This document shows, in pieces, positions 33,011 through 50,311 of a stretch of 64,000 nt of DNA (position 1 is its first letter; the number at the start of each line of letters is the position of its first letter). Location of the stretch: NCBI RefSeq assembly GCF_009914755.1, contig NC_060930.1; one strand, 5' to 3'. Below the pieces are notes generated by a model. The model was given only the letters and a program-made list of their open reading frames with translations. It searched no databases and had not been told where the DNA came from. Source of the stretch: the human T2T-CHM13v2.0 reference genome, Homo sapiens. The position numbers and the translations under genes are program-made.

Positions 33011-33344
33011 TGATGCAACAGCAGGTGTCCCTTTCACTACGCCACCTGCCTTTCTGAAAAGGTAGGGCACAGAACATGATACAGCTGCAGGGGCCAGCCC
33101 TCCTCACCACCCCGTCTCCTGCCTCCTAGGACTTCATAGTTGCTGGTAAACAGCCAAGCCAGCAGAGCACGTCTTTCCAGAATCTTGGATCCTAGAGATG
33201 ACAGATTGCTCTCCCCTTGCAACTGATAGGAACAACTGAGTCCCAGAGGTGCAGGGACTTGCCCACAGTCCCTAAGGTAGATGGAGCCAGAACCAACAGC
33301 TCCTCTCCTGACATGGCAAGCCTGGAGCTCTTCACCCAGCATCA

Positions 33345-33563
<219 letters not shown>

Positions 33564-34623
33564 TTAATGAGAGGGAGAAAGGCATGTTTATGGAAGTGTA
33601 CCAGCAGGACTGTGGGCATTCTCTGACACACGGGGTGGAGGGCCAGGCTCATTCTCCATAGAAAGAGAAGCACTGGCCCCCACTCAGGCAGACTCTTATC
33701 TCTGCTTCTCCCTTCTGTCTCCAGCCCAGCCCCACCTTGAACATGCAGAGCAAATGGCTCAGAGAGGGGCTCTCTCAAATAGATGTGCTTTTGCCTACCA
33801 TTTTCCACAACCATCACTAATAAACCTCTAATGAAAGCCCGAATCACTGAGTGAGTCTGTGTCGTGGCAAAAAGGCACTGCAACACCAACAGTAAGAAGC
33901 ACCCTCCCTCCCTCCAGCTGGTTCTGAGCTGCCAGTCACTGCACTCGACTGCCCTGTCTTCTGCGTGTACACATTAGCACAGTCAGTAGGAACAGACCCT
34001 TCAGCACAAAGCAAACATCAGGCTGCAGACAAAAGGAAAAGTGCAACACCCCAGCCTGCTGAGACTCCCGTCCCCCACTGGCTCCCTCCAAAAGAAGCAG
34101 CCGACACGGACACGCTGGCAGCAATCAATTTCGATCTTGTTAAAGCACAACGTGTCCCAGTGGCCGGTATAGATTCTGTCAGTGGAGAACAAATCACGGG
34201 GCTGCACGTGGGCACCTCGGGGGTGGTGTGCTGTGCAGCCTGCGAGGCTGCCTAGGAAACCTCTTCAGCCCAATTCTACAAAACACTTGGGGTGGCCTCA
34301 GATTAAATTGAATTCTGCTGCTCTCTCCCCACTCTCCGCCTTCATTTCCTTCTTTCCTATTCTCGTCAAAAGATTGTTTCCTCTGATTGTTATCAACCAC
34401 CTGTGTCTGGTTTGACCGTTATTTCCTGCCTGTGCATGTCCAAGAGGGCGACTCCGTCCTTCCTTTCCAAGTCTTTGCACGGCTTCCAACAAGGGAGGCT
34501 TTGTTGGGGCTTTCTCAGCTTCAGACTTAGGTGGGTATGCCAGGGTTTCTTTAATAAAACAACTTCATAAGCTCATTGTCTTTCTCACCAGAAAACAAAC
34601 TCTGGTTTTTGGAATGTACTTAC

Positions 34624-34692
34624 ATCCCTAAGGTAGCGCTCCATCCATTTAATGATATCAATGCCTCGGATTCTATCCTCAAATATGTCAAT
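34624..34692 (-). CDS. TRAF3IP2: TRAF3IP2 coding exon 5 (69 nt; [23 protein letters not shown])
   Basis: Acceptor ttttttgcag|ATT, donor GAT|gtaagt; phase 0-0. Confidence 0.97.
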
Positions 34693-35428
34693 CTGCAAAA
34701 AAAAAGATGTGGGAGTTGGCCCTTAATGAGAGGTTCTCTCAAGATGCAGAGCAGAAGAAAACACAATACTATATACATTTAAAGCTCCAAAACTTAACTA
34801 ATGCTTTTTGCAAGAAGGAGCACATAGGTCTAAAAAACAAAATATAATTTTCTGAAAATATTCCCTATTTCAACATTAGTAGGCATTTAAGTAGTTAATG
34901 TTATGTCCATAATTAGGATATTGTGATACACATCAAAATATATCTATGGCTACACAATAATCAGGTTTTTAAAAATCTGAGGGACACGGTATACCACTAA
35001 GTTGGATATAAGCCAGCAATATACATATATTATATATCTGTAATTTAGACATTTGAAAGGCAAACATAATTCTGGAACATTTTAATGGATGTGTGGCATA
35101 CAAGTAACTGAGATACAATTGTGGTGCTTTACTTGCATTAGTGAGGTCATTATTATGGTATTATGTACAGTTTCAATCTATATGTTTCAAAAGGATTGTA
35201 TGAAACTTGGAGCAGAGCCAAGGAACAGTCACAAAAACAATTACTGAAATGGTAGGGAAGAGGTTTATGATGAAAGTCAGAAGTAGAACTCTTAGGCCTT
35301 GAAAAGACTGATATTTACTATCAGCATTCAAGTTTTTGAAGGGATATTTTAAAAGGAGAAAGATCAGTTATTTTTTATTTTATAAGAAACCAAATAAGAA
35401 GGCCCTTCTTGGGCTCAGGCTTATACTG

Positions 35429-35432
<4 letters not shown>

Positions 35433-35484
<52 letters not shown>
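35433..35484. repeat. Perfect (GT)26 microsatellite
   Basis: Counted directly; purine/pyrimidine alternation continues to 35500. Confidence 0.97.
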
Positions 35485-35487
<3 letters not shown>

Positions 35488-35629
35488 TGCACGTGTGTGT
35501 TTACGAGATGCTCTTGATGGGAAGAGGGATTATATACTGGAATGGGTGACTCAGGGAGAGTGTCCCTGGGGAGGGGTTACGTGATTCAGCTGCACTGCTC
35601 CCAGATTACTTGTCCTAAATGTCATTCCA

Positions 35630-35696
35630 GGCCAGGCACGATGGCTCATGCCTATAATCCCAGCACTTGGGAGGCCGTGGCAGGCAGATCACTTGA
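35630..35696 (+). mobile_element. 5' fragment of an Alu, abruptly 3'-truncated
   Basis: ggccaggcacgatggctcatgcctataatcccagcac...gatcacttga. Confidence 0.85.
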
Positions 35697-36447
35697 AAAG
35701 CCATCCATGATCCATCCATGATCCAGCCTCGCCATCCATGATCCAGCCTCGCCTCTCTTTTCCTCACATATCCTGTCTACTTTACTCCCCACATTGGAGT
35801 CCCCTGTACCCTAAAGGCACAGCACAAACCCCCCTGCTCTGTGAATCCTTCCCACATGCCAATCTCCTCCTCTTCCTCACTTCACCTAACTCTACCCCAT
35901 TGTGACCACTAATGATACTGGACAATTAACACGTATGATAACATTCTTTTATTCAGGACATGTTTCATTTATGTCTGCTGTGTCTCTTCAACCTGATGCT
36001 AAGCCTCCTACGGAAAGAGACCATGCCCTGTGTATACCGAACTATCACATACATAGAGTACAGAGTTCAGAATATGTGTCTTTACATGAAAAATGGAATG
36101 GCTGTTATTTTGGTTTAGATGACTCCTGTTTTCAAATGTGTGATGGCCAACGACTACTCTTGAGAACGCTTTTGTAGCTTTCTGAGACTGTGTCACTAAT
36201 CCATTGCTATTATATGGGAGAGAAGCAATATAGTGTCAGGGTTGAGAAGAAACGGACAGCTTGGGTTCTGTCTTGGCTTTGCCACTTCCCACCTGCATGA
36301 CTTTGGAAATGTTACTAAAACTCTCTAAATCTTATCTTCACTTGTAATATGTAGTTAATAAACTGACTTCCTACGGTGGTTGTGAGAACTAAAATGAGTT
36401 AACATGGAAAAGGCCTATCATAATGCCAGGCAGGAAATAAGCACTCA

Positions 36448-36779
<332 letters not shown>

Positions 36780-36929
36780 TTATTGTTATTATCCAAGCAC
36801 TCTAAATTATTCCCAGCTACTGTAGTGGACATCCTGGGTGGTGCAATGAGCTGGATATCTTCCATTTGTTTCTCCAAGTCTCTCCCAAAGTCCATAGCTC
36901 CTGTTATGATCATTCCTCCACACAGCTAC

Positions 36930-37294
36930 TATTATGGGCTGAATTGTGTTCCCAAAATTCCTATGTTGAAGCCCTATCTCCCTACCCTACCTCAGAATGT
37001 GACTGTATTTGGAGACAGGACCTTTAAAGAAGTAATTAGGATAAAAAGAGGTGATATGTATGGGCCCTAATCCAACAGAACTGGTGTCCATAGAAGACGA
37101 GATTAGAACACAGACGTGTCCACACAGAGGAGAGACCATGTGAGGACAGAAGGAGAAGACAGCCTCAGGATGAAATGAACCCTGCTGAAACCTTGATCTT
37201 GGACTTCCAGACTCCAGAACTGTGAGAAAATAAATTTCTACGCTTAAGCCACCCAATCGGTAGTACTTTATAGGAATCCTAGCAAACTAATATA
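36930..37294 (+). mobile_element. MaLR solo LTR (MLT1A/B-like)
   Basis: ttatgggctgaattgtg...cagaatgtgactgtatttggaga...ccagaactgtgagaaaataaatt...gcaaactaata. Confidence 0.85.
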
Positions 37295-37732
37295 GCCATC
37301 CTCTTCATCTTCCAGTAAGAATTCCTTCTTTGACTCTTTAGACCTAGGGGCAGTAACAACTCCCTGCTTTTGCTAGTGCCAGAATACTGCACTATCCCCA
37401 ATAAAATTGGACTCTCTAAAACCTACCCAAAGCTTTGTAATAGGCCCCTTATTACACTCTCCTTAAATTACTCATTAAGTGTTTCATTCCACTAAGGGGA
37501 TCTAGATGTGTCAATAATAACTTAGCTGTCCAGGACCGGGCTCTGTGATTTCTACCACAAGTCTTCATAGAGATGAGGGTCAGGGACAGATTTAAATTCT
37601 GCCTATGTGGCCCCTGGTTGTGAAGATAAACAAACAAAACCTAAGCTCTCCTCCAGGGGCAATCAGTATGTGTCTTTGGAAATGACAAAAAGTAAGATCT
37701 TTTCTGAAATGCTGGCCTTATGTCTTAGTATT

Positions 37733-38505
<773 letters not shown>

Positions 38506-38638
38506 GCTATAGTGCTTTCTTATACCAGAAATGAGAAAGGGAAATATTAGTCTCTATATAATTATGGAGTTGGATTGTATAAGTTGTATGCATTTTTTAA
38601 AAAAGAACTTTCATTTTCATTTTTTAGAAAATTGTCTT

Positions 38639-38923
38639 GGCCGAGTGCAGTGACTCACACCTGTAATCCCAGCACTTTGGGAGGCCAAGGTTGGCAGATC
38701 ATGAGGTCAGGAGTTCGAGACCAGCCTGGCCAACATAGTGAAACCCCATCTCTACTAAAAATACACACACAAAAAAATTAGCTGGGCATGGTGGTGGGCA
38801 CCTGTAATCCTAGCTACTTGAGAGGCTGAACCTAGGAGGCAGAGGTTGCAGTGAGCCAAGATCACACCACTGCACACCAGCCCAGGCAACAGTTCTAGAC
38901 TCTGTCTCAAAAAAAAAAAAAAA
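38639..38923 (+). mobile_element. Alu with a short internal deletion in the right arm
   Basis: gaggctga joined directly to acctaggagg. Confidence 0.9.
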
Positions 38924-39870
38924 ATTATCTTATAGAATAAAGAAAGCTTCAAATAAAAACTCCTGTTAAACAATACTAAATAACTTTTAAAATTGATATT
39001 TAGTTACTAAGTATCCCTCTTTACCCATAGACATTTATATTCATAGATATTTCCCTTAATTTTTCACCACTCTCTAGAATTCACTAGAAAAGGCCTAGAA
39101 GAGGGCTCTGGAAAGGAAAAGAAGTTATCTCAGTGTTTGAGGAAAGCCAGTCCCCTGAGTAGCATCATGTGGTACTTTATTTATCATAGAGAAAAATTTA
39201 CATGGCTTTAAGCTGTACTGTGTCAAGGGACTGCAGGGGGACAGGGGCAGTGTGTGTTTCCTGAGATTTCTGGAGCCAAGATCACAGTGGGCTTGCAGGG
39301 CTGGGTGAGGTCAGCCTCCCCTGGAACTGGATTAGACCAGCCCCAAACCTGGCCAGTATCACCCATCCAGAAGCATCACTGCGTCAAGGTATGAAAATGG
39401 CAGCTGTGCGCAATGGGGGATTCAGGCTGCAGGATTCTACTTCAAACCTCATAACCCAGTGCAGAACAAAAGGTCCTTGTTAAATAAGCAGGTGACCATG
39501 GTGAAGCCTGCAGCTTCCTGCATCATGGGAAACTCAGACAAAGTGGGCATGATTGGTGAGAAAGGACAAAGGTACAAAGTGCAGCAAGAGCCCGGCGTTT
39601 CCTTCAGGCCAGGGGCCGCTGCATATGTGGTCAGCATTAGCACTGATCTTGCTGTTCAGAGGTACTTGGGGTCACTCAAACAGCATACAGGAAAAAAATG
39701 CTGGAGACTTCAGATAGCTTAAAATCTAGAAAATTATTACCTAAATCTATAAGCATTCAATGCATAATCACATAAATCAAATAATATCATTTAAAACACC
39801 AACAGCTATTACACTTTTTCTTCTGCTGCTTTTCTCTCCATTGTACTCACTATAACTGTTCAGTTATCTA

Positions 39871-40011
<141 letters not shown>

Positions 40012-41902
40012 TCAAATTATTCTATTGTAAACAAACTTCTAAATTATATGCAATATCTTTTGTCCTTCTAGAATAATAAGAGGAAACCTTGGGCTTGGGG
40101 TGCTCTAAGAGCTTATGCCTACGTTGTATGCTGTCCTCAGGGCACAGCTCCTCAGGCCCAAAATGCCAGTGGGTCTGTCCAAGGGAGTGCAGACTGCTCA
40201 GCGTGAATGGAAATCAGAGCGACAGAGGAGAGCACTGGCAGGCTCAGACAAGCCTAAGGAAATCCACCACCCAGAATCCGCGAGCCCTTAAGATCAGGCA
40301 TGACTAGTTTCTTAGAGACACTTGGCACTGTGCCCAAGGAATACTCTCCCAGCAGGCAAAGAAGCTAAAACTTGCTAAGGGACCACCCAGCAGTGTCTTC
40401 TTTTGATCTCCTGATGCTCTCTGCTGCCCTGAAATCTCGCTCTTCTGACAATAGCAAGTGGGAGGAGAGTGAGAAACTGGTTCCCCGCTCCCTTCTTCCC
40501 CGCAATCCACTCACTTTTGCAGAAAGGCCAGCAAGTTTGGAGTAGACCAAAGCACAGCTCAGATATGTTAGTAAAAAAACACTTCAGCAGCTTGAAGAAG
40601 AGACACTGCCTCTGGGCAGTCCAACATCACAGACTCCATCACTCATCCCTGGGTCAGCTTAGAGCAGCAGACAGTACAGTTTGGATAAGCTTTACCCAGT
40701 CAGGATGAACCAGTGTTTTCTCAGGCTAAAGTCTTGGGGAAATTGTCTGACTAGCATTTTAATGTGAAAGCTGAATAATTACTTTGTGTTGGCTTTTAGT
40801 CTGGAATGGACCACTTAAATCTCAGGAAGCCCTTGGGGCAGAAGATGGAGAAGAAAGGGGGGCTGGAGAGAAAATACGAGTCTGTATCTACACTGAGGTT
40901 TTTTGAAACACACCTCCCAAATGGAAGTGTGTATAATGGTCATATTAACTCACTTAAGCAGCCAGATATATAGATGGCACTCAATTTTCTTCTGAACACC
41001 TAACATTCACCCAATTGTTACGTATTTGAGGACTTCCTTTATAGATTATGGTAAGATATATATGATCTATAGATTGATATCAGGACTATAATGTATGTGG
41101 GGCAGCATCTGTTCTCCAGAAATGCTCAAAATTAAAATGATTAAGATCTTAAGAAAGTGTTCAGAAATAAAATGTTTTGAATGAAAACAGCAATGAATCA
41201 TTGTCATAGAGAGCTTTCAGAGTTGTCAATGACTAAACAGCACAGATCCCCCAAAAGGAATTAGCAGATGCAAAAGGCTTTGTTTCAGGTTTGGTTCAAA
41301 GAGGTTCCCAGATTTGGAAAATGCATATTAGAATTACCTGAGCTTCTCTAGCAAGCACATCATATAATAATTTCACAAGTAGTGGCTGTTTTCTTAAGAT
41401 TTCTGGAAATTACTGTCCTGACTGACCTTAATATGAGAACATTTTGGTGATATTTCAACATTTCTGGTTCTGGCAGCAAAATGTGGAAAAAGAATCATCA
41501 CCTTACGCTTAGTTGAATGTTTCTTTAAATAAAAGGCTTAGTTTGCATTTGGTTGTGATGCAGTATGGAGAATGTGAGACCGTTTTTTCCAAACAAGATT
41601 GCTCATTCCTACAGGAAATGACCTCATTCTTGATGGCTGCTGCTAACTTATGGTGAGATGCTGGGTCCCTGCCCAATACCACATGGACATCCAATCAATT
41701 TACCCAGGGACAAGTCCACTCAAGAGCATCATTTAGAAGAGGGAAAAGGCACTGGGGTTATTTGTTTTTGGAGTATGTGCTTAAGGAAATCTAGAGGTAA
41801 GCAGTTTTTGAGTGTTACTAGTGGTGTCAGAATCACTAAAAACATTCATACAAAATGCTGGTTACTTTTTAAGCAAAAAGCAAAAAAGTGCATTTTATTT
41901 TA

Positions 41903-42227
<325 letters not shown>

Positions 42228-42300
42228 GAAAATCTTCGAGATTAGGGACGAGTGATCATCCAGCCATCACAAAGTATAAGACCTCACAAGAAGAAGGAGT

Positions 42301-42844
<544 letters not shown>

Positions 42845-43355
42845 TCATTCTTTACAAAGGCAAACCTTCAGGGACAGAAAGACTTTTAGAACTATGGGAA
42901 GATCCCAGTGGGCTCTCTCTCCTCTGCCTCTATTTCTTAACTGAGACAGAAGGAAGAGGGGAGCTCCATGGAGTTGTAGTCAATAAGCGTTTCAGCTGGC
43001 TGCCACATGTGAGGGCCTGTGCTCTGACTCCAAAGAGGGAAGCAGGATTTGATTTCTCTATTCAAGATTTGTTTAATTGGAAAAACAAGTCTCATGCACA
43101 GGGCAGACAAGGTCACCAACAAAACAAAGTAGTATGACAGGTGACACAGATGGTTGATGTTATAGGCATTCAGATAAAAAGACATGACTTTTAGCTCATA
43201 ATAGGTAACATTTAATTATGTATCAAAAGGTAAAGAGGGCCATGTAGATTTAGAAGTATTTGTACTGTTGACATATAAATGGAAATCTGATTTTGAAGAC
43301 CCTTTAAAGAAGTTGCTACCATATTAGATAGCATCTTTATTATTTTCGTTGCCAG

Positions 43356-43464
43356 TATTCCCACGAGCATTCTGCTGAGATGAACAATCAGATGACCTCG
43401 TGTGAGATTTGGAGGAGAGAAGGAAATGGAGAGCATGCGTCTGCCGCTTCTGTGGTTTCTGTCG
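43356..43464 (+). ncRNA. Candidate exon of the antisense lncRNA TRAF3IP2-AS1
   Basis: Plus-strand acceptor ttattattttcgttgccag| and donor CG|gtaagc in non-repetitive sequence. The lncRNA is known to overlap this gene; assigning this exon to it is inference. Confidence 0.3.
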
Positions 43465-44397
43465 GTAAGCACAGTGATGAGGTGCTGAGTTTTCCCCAGA
43501 AGGCCTCCCAGTGTCCTATTACCAGCTTCACAAGCGTCGAGGGCAGGGCATGGGCATCTATTGTTCACCAGTGGAGATCTATCTGGCACAGAACCGATCC
43601 AACCATTGCAGTGGTCACAGCGGTGTTGGCTTTCTGATTCTCAACCTTCCTGACCGCCAGAGGAGACAGCCTCTTTGGTGGCCCTGTTCTGTGGTATTGT
43701 GCTAACCGGTGGTGGGACTAAAACTGTCTCTATAATGTTTTATTTCTTAAAAAAAAATTCTGAAGCAAATGTGACAATATGTTAACATTCTTAAAATCTG
43801 GGTAGTGGGAACATGGATGTTGTTATTTGTGGTGTGTTTGAAATTGTGTCATATTATAAATTTTAAAAAAATGTTTTGACTACAAAATCTCTATGTATAT
43901 GCCCAGTTTTTGTAGATTGTTGCTTACGCTTTTCATATTTTTACCCAAGGAGTAATCAGGAATTCTAAAAGTCTTATGTAACAGGATTTAAAATAAAATT
44001 ACACAGAATCTCAACTGTACTATATTTTGAAAATATGAATGATTAAGATTATTTTTTATATTTTTATTAATATAGAGAAAATAATTTCTATAAAATATGC
44101 TTTCAGCTAATGGGGGATCCCATTCCATATTTTTTTCTTTTTCTTTTTTTTTTTTATTTCTCCAAGAAAAACTCATTCCAGTTCTTTTGCATTAAATTCT
44201 CTTATACCAAAAAAATTGTTTCAAAAGTTGCTTAGTTGTTATAGAAGATGATTGCTTATATGATAAAGAAATGTTAAGGCCTTGATAATATTCAAAAGCT
44301 TCTGTATAAAAACAATACCATGGAAATTAATGACAGAGTAAACTTTCTGAATTAAAGTTCTCTTTCAAACTATGAGTAAGAGGAGAATTAGCTGGCT

Positions 44398-45019
<622 letters not shown>

Positions 45020-45336
45020 TGAACTTATTTTTCATTATCCTAAAGTGATAAAATAGATCAAGAAGATCAGAACAGGCTTAAATTGATGCTATAAAACCAA
45101 TTACTCTGTATTATCTTTGCAACTCTTTTGTAAGTCTAAAATTGTTTGAAAATAAAAGTTTATTTTAAAAATTACTATTCTCTTTCCTATTCAACACAAA
45201 ACTTATTTCATAAAGATGCTTACATTTTGTTTATTTCCCTGGAATTTTAGATATTTCTTCTGTTAGAGTGCCTATCCTGCTATAAAATCACATTTTACCT
45301 AATTCCATTGTTTAAACTCCATGTATTTATGGTTTA

Positions 45337-45656
<320 letters not shown>

Positions 45657-46042
45657 GAGATCTGTCTTGAAAGAAAATATGAGGGTTTGTGGGCTTCTGA
45701 GCAAAAGAGAAAGCAGGCATGTGCCTCTTCACCATTGTTAATAAAGTGGGCTTTTTTTCTTTCCATGAAATGTTCAAACTAATTACCGCTTTCTGTATTT
45801 CTGAAAAATCCACTCTAATAGGAACTTCATATTTTACTCTATGCTGTAAAAACAGAATCTAGTTTTACAGTGGTATATAAAAGTTGCTTTTGAGCAAAAG
45901 TAAACATTTAATCTACTTTCTTCCAAATATTGTCATAAATGAGGAAGCTCCATTTACATGAGTTTTACCTATATATTTTAGATCCATAAATTAAGAGAAA
46001 AGGAAAGTCCAAAGAGAATAAGGGAAAAAAAATGATTAAAGA

Positions 46043-46749
<707 letters not shown>

Positions 46750-47189
46750 TTAAATTTTGATGGAAAATTAATTGAATTTAACATTTTAAAGTAAGAAATA
46801 GGCTTAAACAGGAACAGACACTAGACATATAAAGAGTTGGCTAACAGTGGAAGTCAGTCGTAGTAAAATCAAAAATCTATTTTGTGGACTAAAAATTCAG
46901 ATGATCTGAAAATAAAAGAAAGGGGTGTGACTTGGAGAACATCTGAAGAGCCTTTCCTTCAAGAGAATTTCGACTAGTCACTAGTGGCTTTCTATGTCTG
47001 ATAAAGAGATCCTTGTCAACCAGCTTCCGTTTCCTCCTGACCTGAAAAGTCTATATTGGGCATTCCACTATGTGACTTGCTCACTAACGTGGGTTAGCAA
47101 ACCTATAGAGAATTCTGTTACATCTTCATTGCATTGGCATAATTCCTTTCCATGTTAAAAATGCCTGAAGGTTGGGCCTGTCATACTTA

Positions 47190-47417
<228 letters not shown>

Positions 47418-48689
47418 TCAACTCTAGCTCCTTCGTGTGAAAGGAGTCATAAGCTCCATGCTCATTTGTGTCTTGATCCCAGCTGAGGGGTCCAGATATC
47501 TGTTACCACCTCTGTGATGTTTGCCGTATTTCTCTACTGTTAATTACTTGAGTGTTTTCACGAAATTCACTTTTTTTTGTCCTAAATAAAAACATCTGCG
47601 AAATCACCAGTTTGGTATTCCAGCTGGAGAGCTCAAAAAACTTTTCAAAAAACTCTACACAGGCTCCTCTTTTCGTAAGATACTTAGGAAAATCCAACCA
47701 TGAAGAACCTCTTTCACACCACCATTCCTACCACAATTTCCTTCATGTCCCGAACCCAAGGCTAGGAAAAATTATCTGTATGATAGATATAGAATCACTG
47801 CTCTGTATTTTCCTCCCCCAAGTGGACATACACGTGCATGTGCACACACACGTGCGCGCACACACACACCCCACTCTCCTCTTAAGAAGAGGTAAATGAA
47901 TGAAAACTTGGCTCATCCTCCTGGGAACTAGCCAACCAACTGGCAATACCCTCCAACTCCCTTGGTCCTCTCCTGCTACAGCCTACGTGCACTTGGAGCC
48001 AGGGCTGCTTGAAGAGGGCTGGGCTCAGAGCAAAGCCAGAGCTGGCAGTGACTTATGTGAATGTGCAACCTGGGAGAAAGTGGGTCCCAGCCAGGACCAG
48101 GAGCAGGAGGGTCCCCAGGGAAGGGCAGCCTGCTGCTGCCAGAGTTAAGCATAGGAGAGACCTAATGCTTAATCACGCAAAAGAATAGAACTAAAAGCCC
48201 AGAGGAGAGATGCAGGGAACCAAGTAAGGGTGAGAGGGAAGGGCTCTGAGGGAATGGCCCAGGCCCAAAGGGGGTAAGGTGTTGGGAAATACGAGAGATG
48301 CAAGAGGACTGAAGTGAGCCACATGGTAGCCCTGCAAGATGAGCAATGAGCACCTCCTAGTGATCCAAGCACTGCCCCTCCTACCCACATAAGCAGTAAG
48401 ACGATCCAGGAGGAGGCGTAACTAGTTAGGACAAGAAGGAAGGTGTTTTGTTTTGTTTTTTAAAAATCCTCATTGATCTTAAAATTATTTTGATTCTTTT
48501 AAGATCAACCCTCATTGATCTTAAAATTATTTTGCTGATTATAAATGTAATAATCAAGTTTGCCTGCCATGTAGATAGGATACATATATGGATGTACAGC
48601 AAAATAAAACTGGCAAGTAAACAAAAAAGTGACTGATAGGTTGAAACCAAAATGAGAAGCTGAGAATGTGGATAAAAATTGATTCTTAA

Positions 48690-48985
48690 GGCCAGGCGTG
48701 GTGGCTCACACCTGTAATCCCAGCACTTTGGGTGGCCGAGGCAGACAGATCACCTGAGTTCAGGAGTTCGAGACCAGCCTGGCCAACATGGTAAAACCCC
48801 ATCTCTACTACAAATACAAAAATTAGCTGGGTGTGATGGCGCGCACCTGTAACCCCAGCTACTCAGGAAGCTGAGGCAGGAGAAACCCTTGAACTTGGGA
48901 GGCAGAGGCTGCAGTGAGCTGAGATTGTGCCATTGAACTCCAGCCTGGGCAACAGGGCAAGACTCCGTCTCAAAAACAAAAAAAA
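48690..48985 (+). mobile_element. Alu (AluS-like)
   Basis: Full dimer; attctta on both sides. Confidence 0.93.
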
Positions 48986-49819
48986 GAACTGTATTCTTAG
49001 CTTGGCAAAGCAGTCAGGAGCCATCTACGTTTTCAAAGGAACATTCAGGGGAATGATGGCCTCAAGTACAGAACAAGAGATAAATAATGTGCACGTTCAC
49101 TAGTGTGGCCTCCTCCAGGTTCCCAGTGCCTAGACTCAGGAAACTGTTTGGGTGACCTGGCGATGTGCCCAAGCTAGTCTCTCAAGTGTGGTCAGATTCC
49201 CTGGACTCAATCTATTATTGTCTCCTTTGACCCATGTCACCACCTGGGTCCTTCCAGTCATGCTTCTTCTGGCAAAAGTGACCATGCCCCTCCATCCCAG
49301 ACTGTCTCCTGGCAGGACCCCATGACCCTTGCCCTGATATTGCTTAGGCCTGGTCATGACAAGTAGTAGGGGTTTAAAGAGGGGGAGGAGGAGAAACAGA
49401 TCTGCCTAGATCTATCCCTGCACCTGGATGACAAAGGAGACTGGGACTTGAAGGGACTGTTCTCAGAATGGAAGACAGGCCCACAGAGACTCCTATGGTC
49501 TAGGACAAGGTCTACTGCACAGGCTTCACCTTGGCAGCCTTCTCAGGGCAGGGCGGATATATTCCAGGGGGTCCAGATCACCAGTTGCAGTTTCAGGGCA
49601 ACAGAGCAAGTCACTACTGCTCCTTTCCCTCAGTTTAAAAAATAGCAAAAAATGCCACTGCTATCAGGTCCCCAGGTAGGGGCCAGCCCTGCTTTTCAAT
49701 GAGCCTTGCATGAGCAGACCCTTTACAAACCCAGCTGTAGCTAGAACCGTCTTGGTGGACTGCACTTACAATCCACCCTGCTAGATCAGGTTCCCGCCCC
49801 TGTAGATCTTGCCTCCCAC

Positions 49820-50220
49820 TACACTCTCACTGGCCCACTAAGCTCTGGCTTCATTTTGAATATCCCAAACTTGTCCTCTCCTTTGGGATCCTGAGTTTGC
49901 CACCCTCTTTGTCCAGAATGTTTTTGCCCTAGATTTTCACAGACTGACTTCTTGCCATTCAGAGCTCAGCCCAAATATCACCTGTCCAAAGAGTCCTGCC
50001 TCTTCACCCAGTTACTTTATCCCATTCCCTATTTTGCTTTCTTCGTAGTTCCTATCATGGGTTTGCATAAGTAAGCATGACTTTTACCTGTCAACTTCTT
50101 GCCTGCCTTCCCTACTAGAATATAAGCTCTGTGAAAGCATGGACTGTGTCCTCTTACCACCATGTCTCCAAGGATAGTACTGGCACCCAGGGGATGCTCA
50201 ATAGATGAATGAATGAAGGC
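49820..50220 (+). mobile_element. L2 3' end
   Basis: ctagaatataagctctgtgaa...gctcaatagatgaatgaatgaa. Confidence 0.7.
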
Positions 50221-50311
50221 TCAATAGTTACAAAGCCGACTTACAGAAAAAGAGAAGCCATTTAGGACTGCACAATCTATTAATACTTTCTAGGGCACAG
50301 GTCTCCTAGAC

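Noticed and set aside
48448-48636. ORFs with a repeated ILIDLKIIL / IKIILRSMR peptide
   Set aside because: A by-product of the 25-bp DNA duplication, not a repeat protein.
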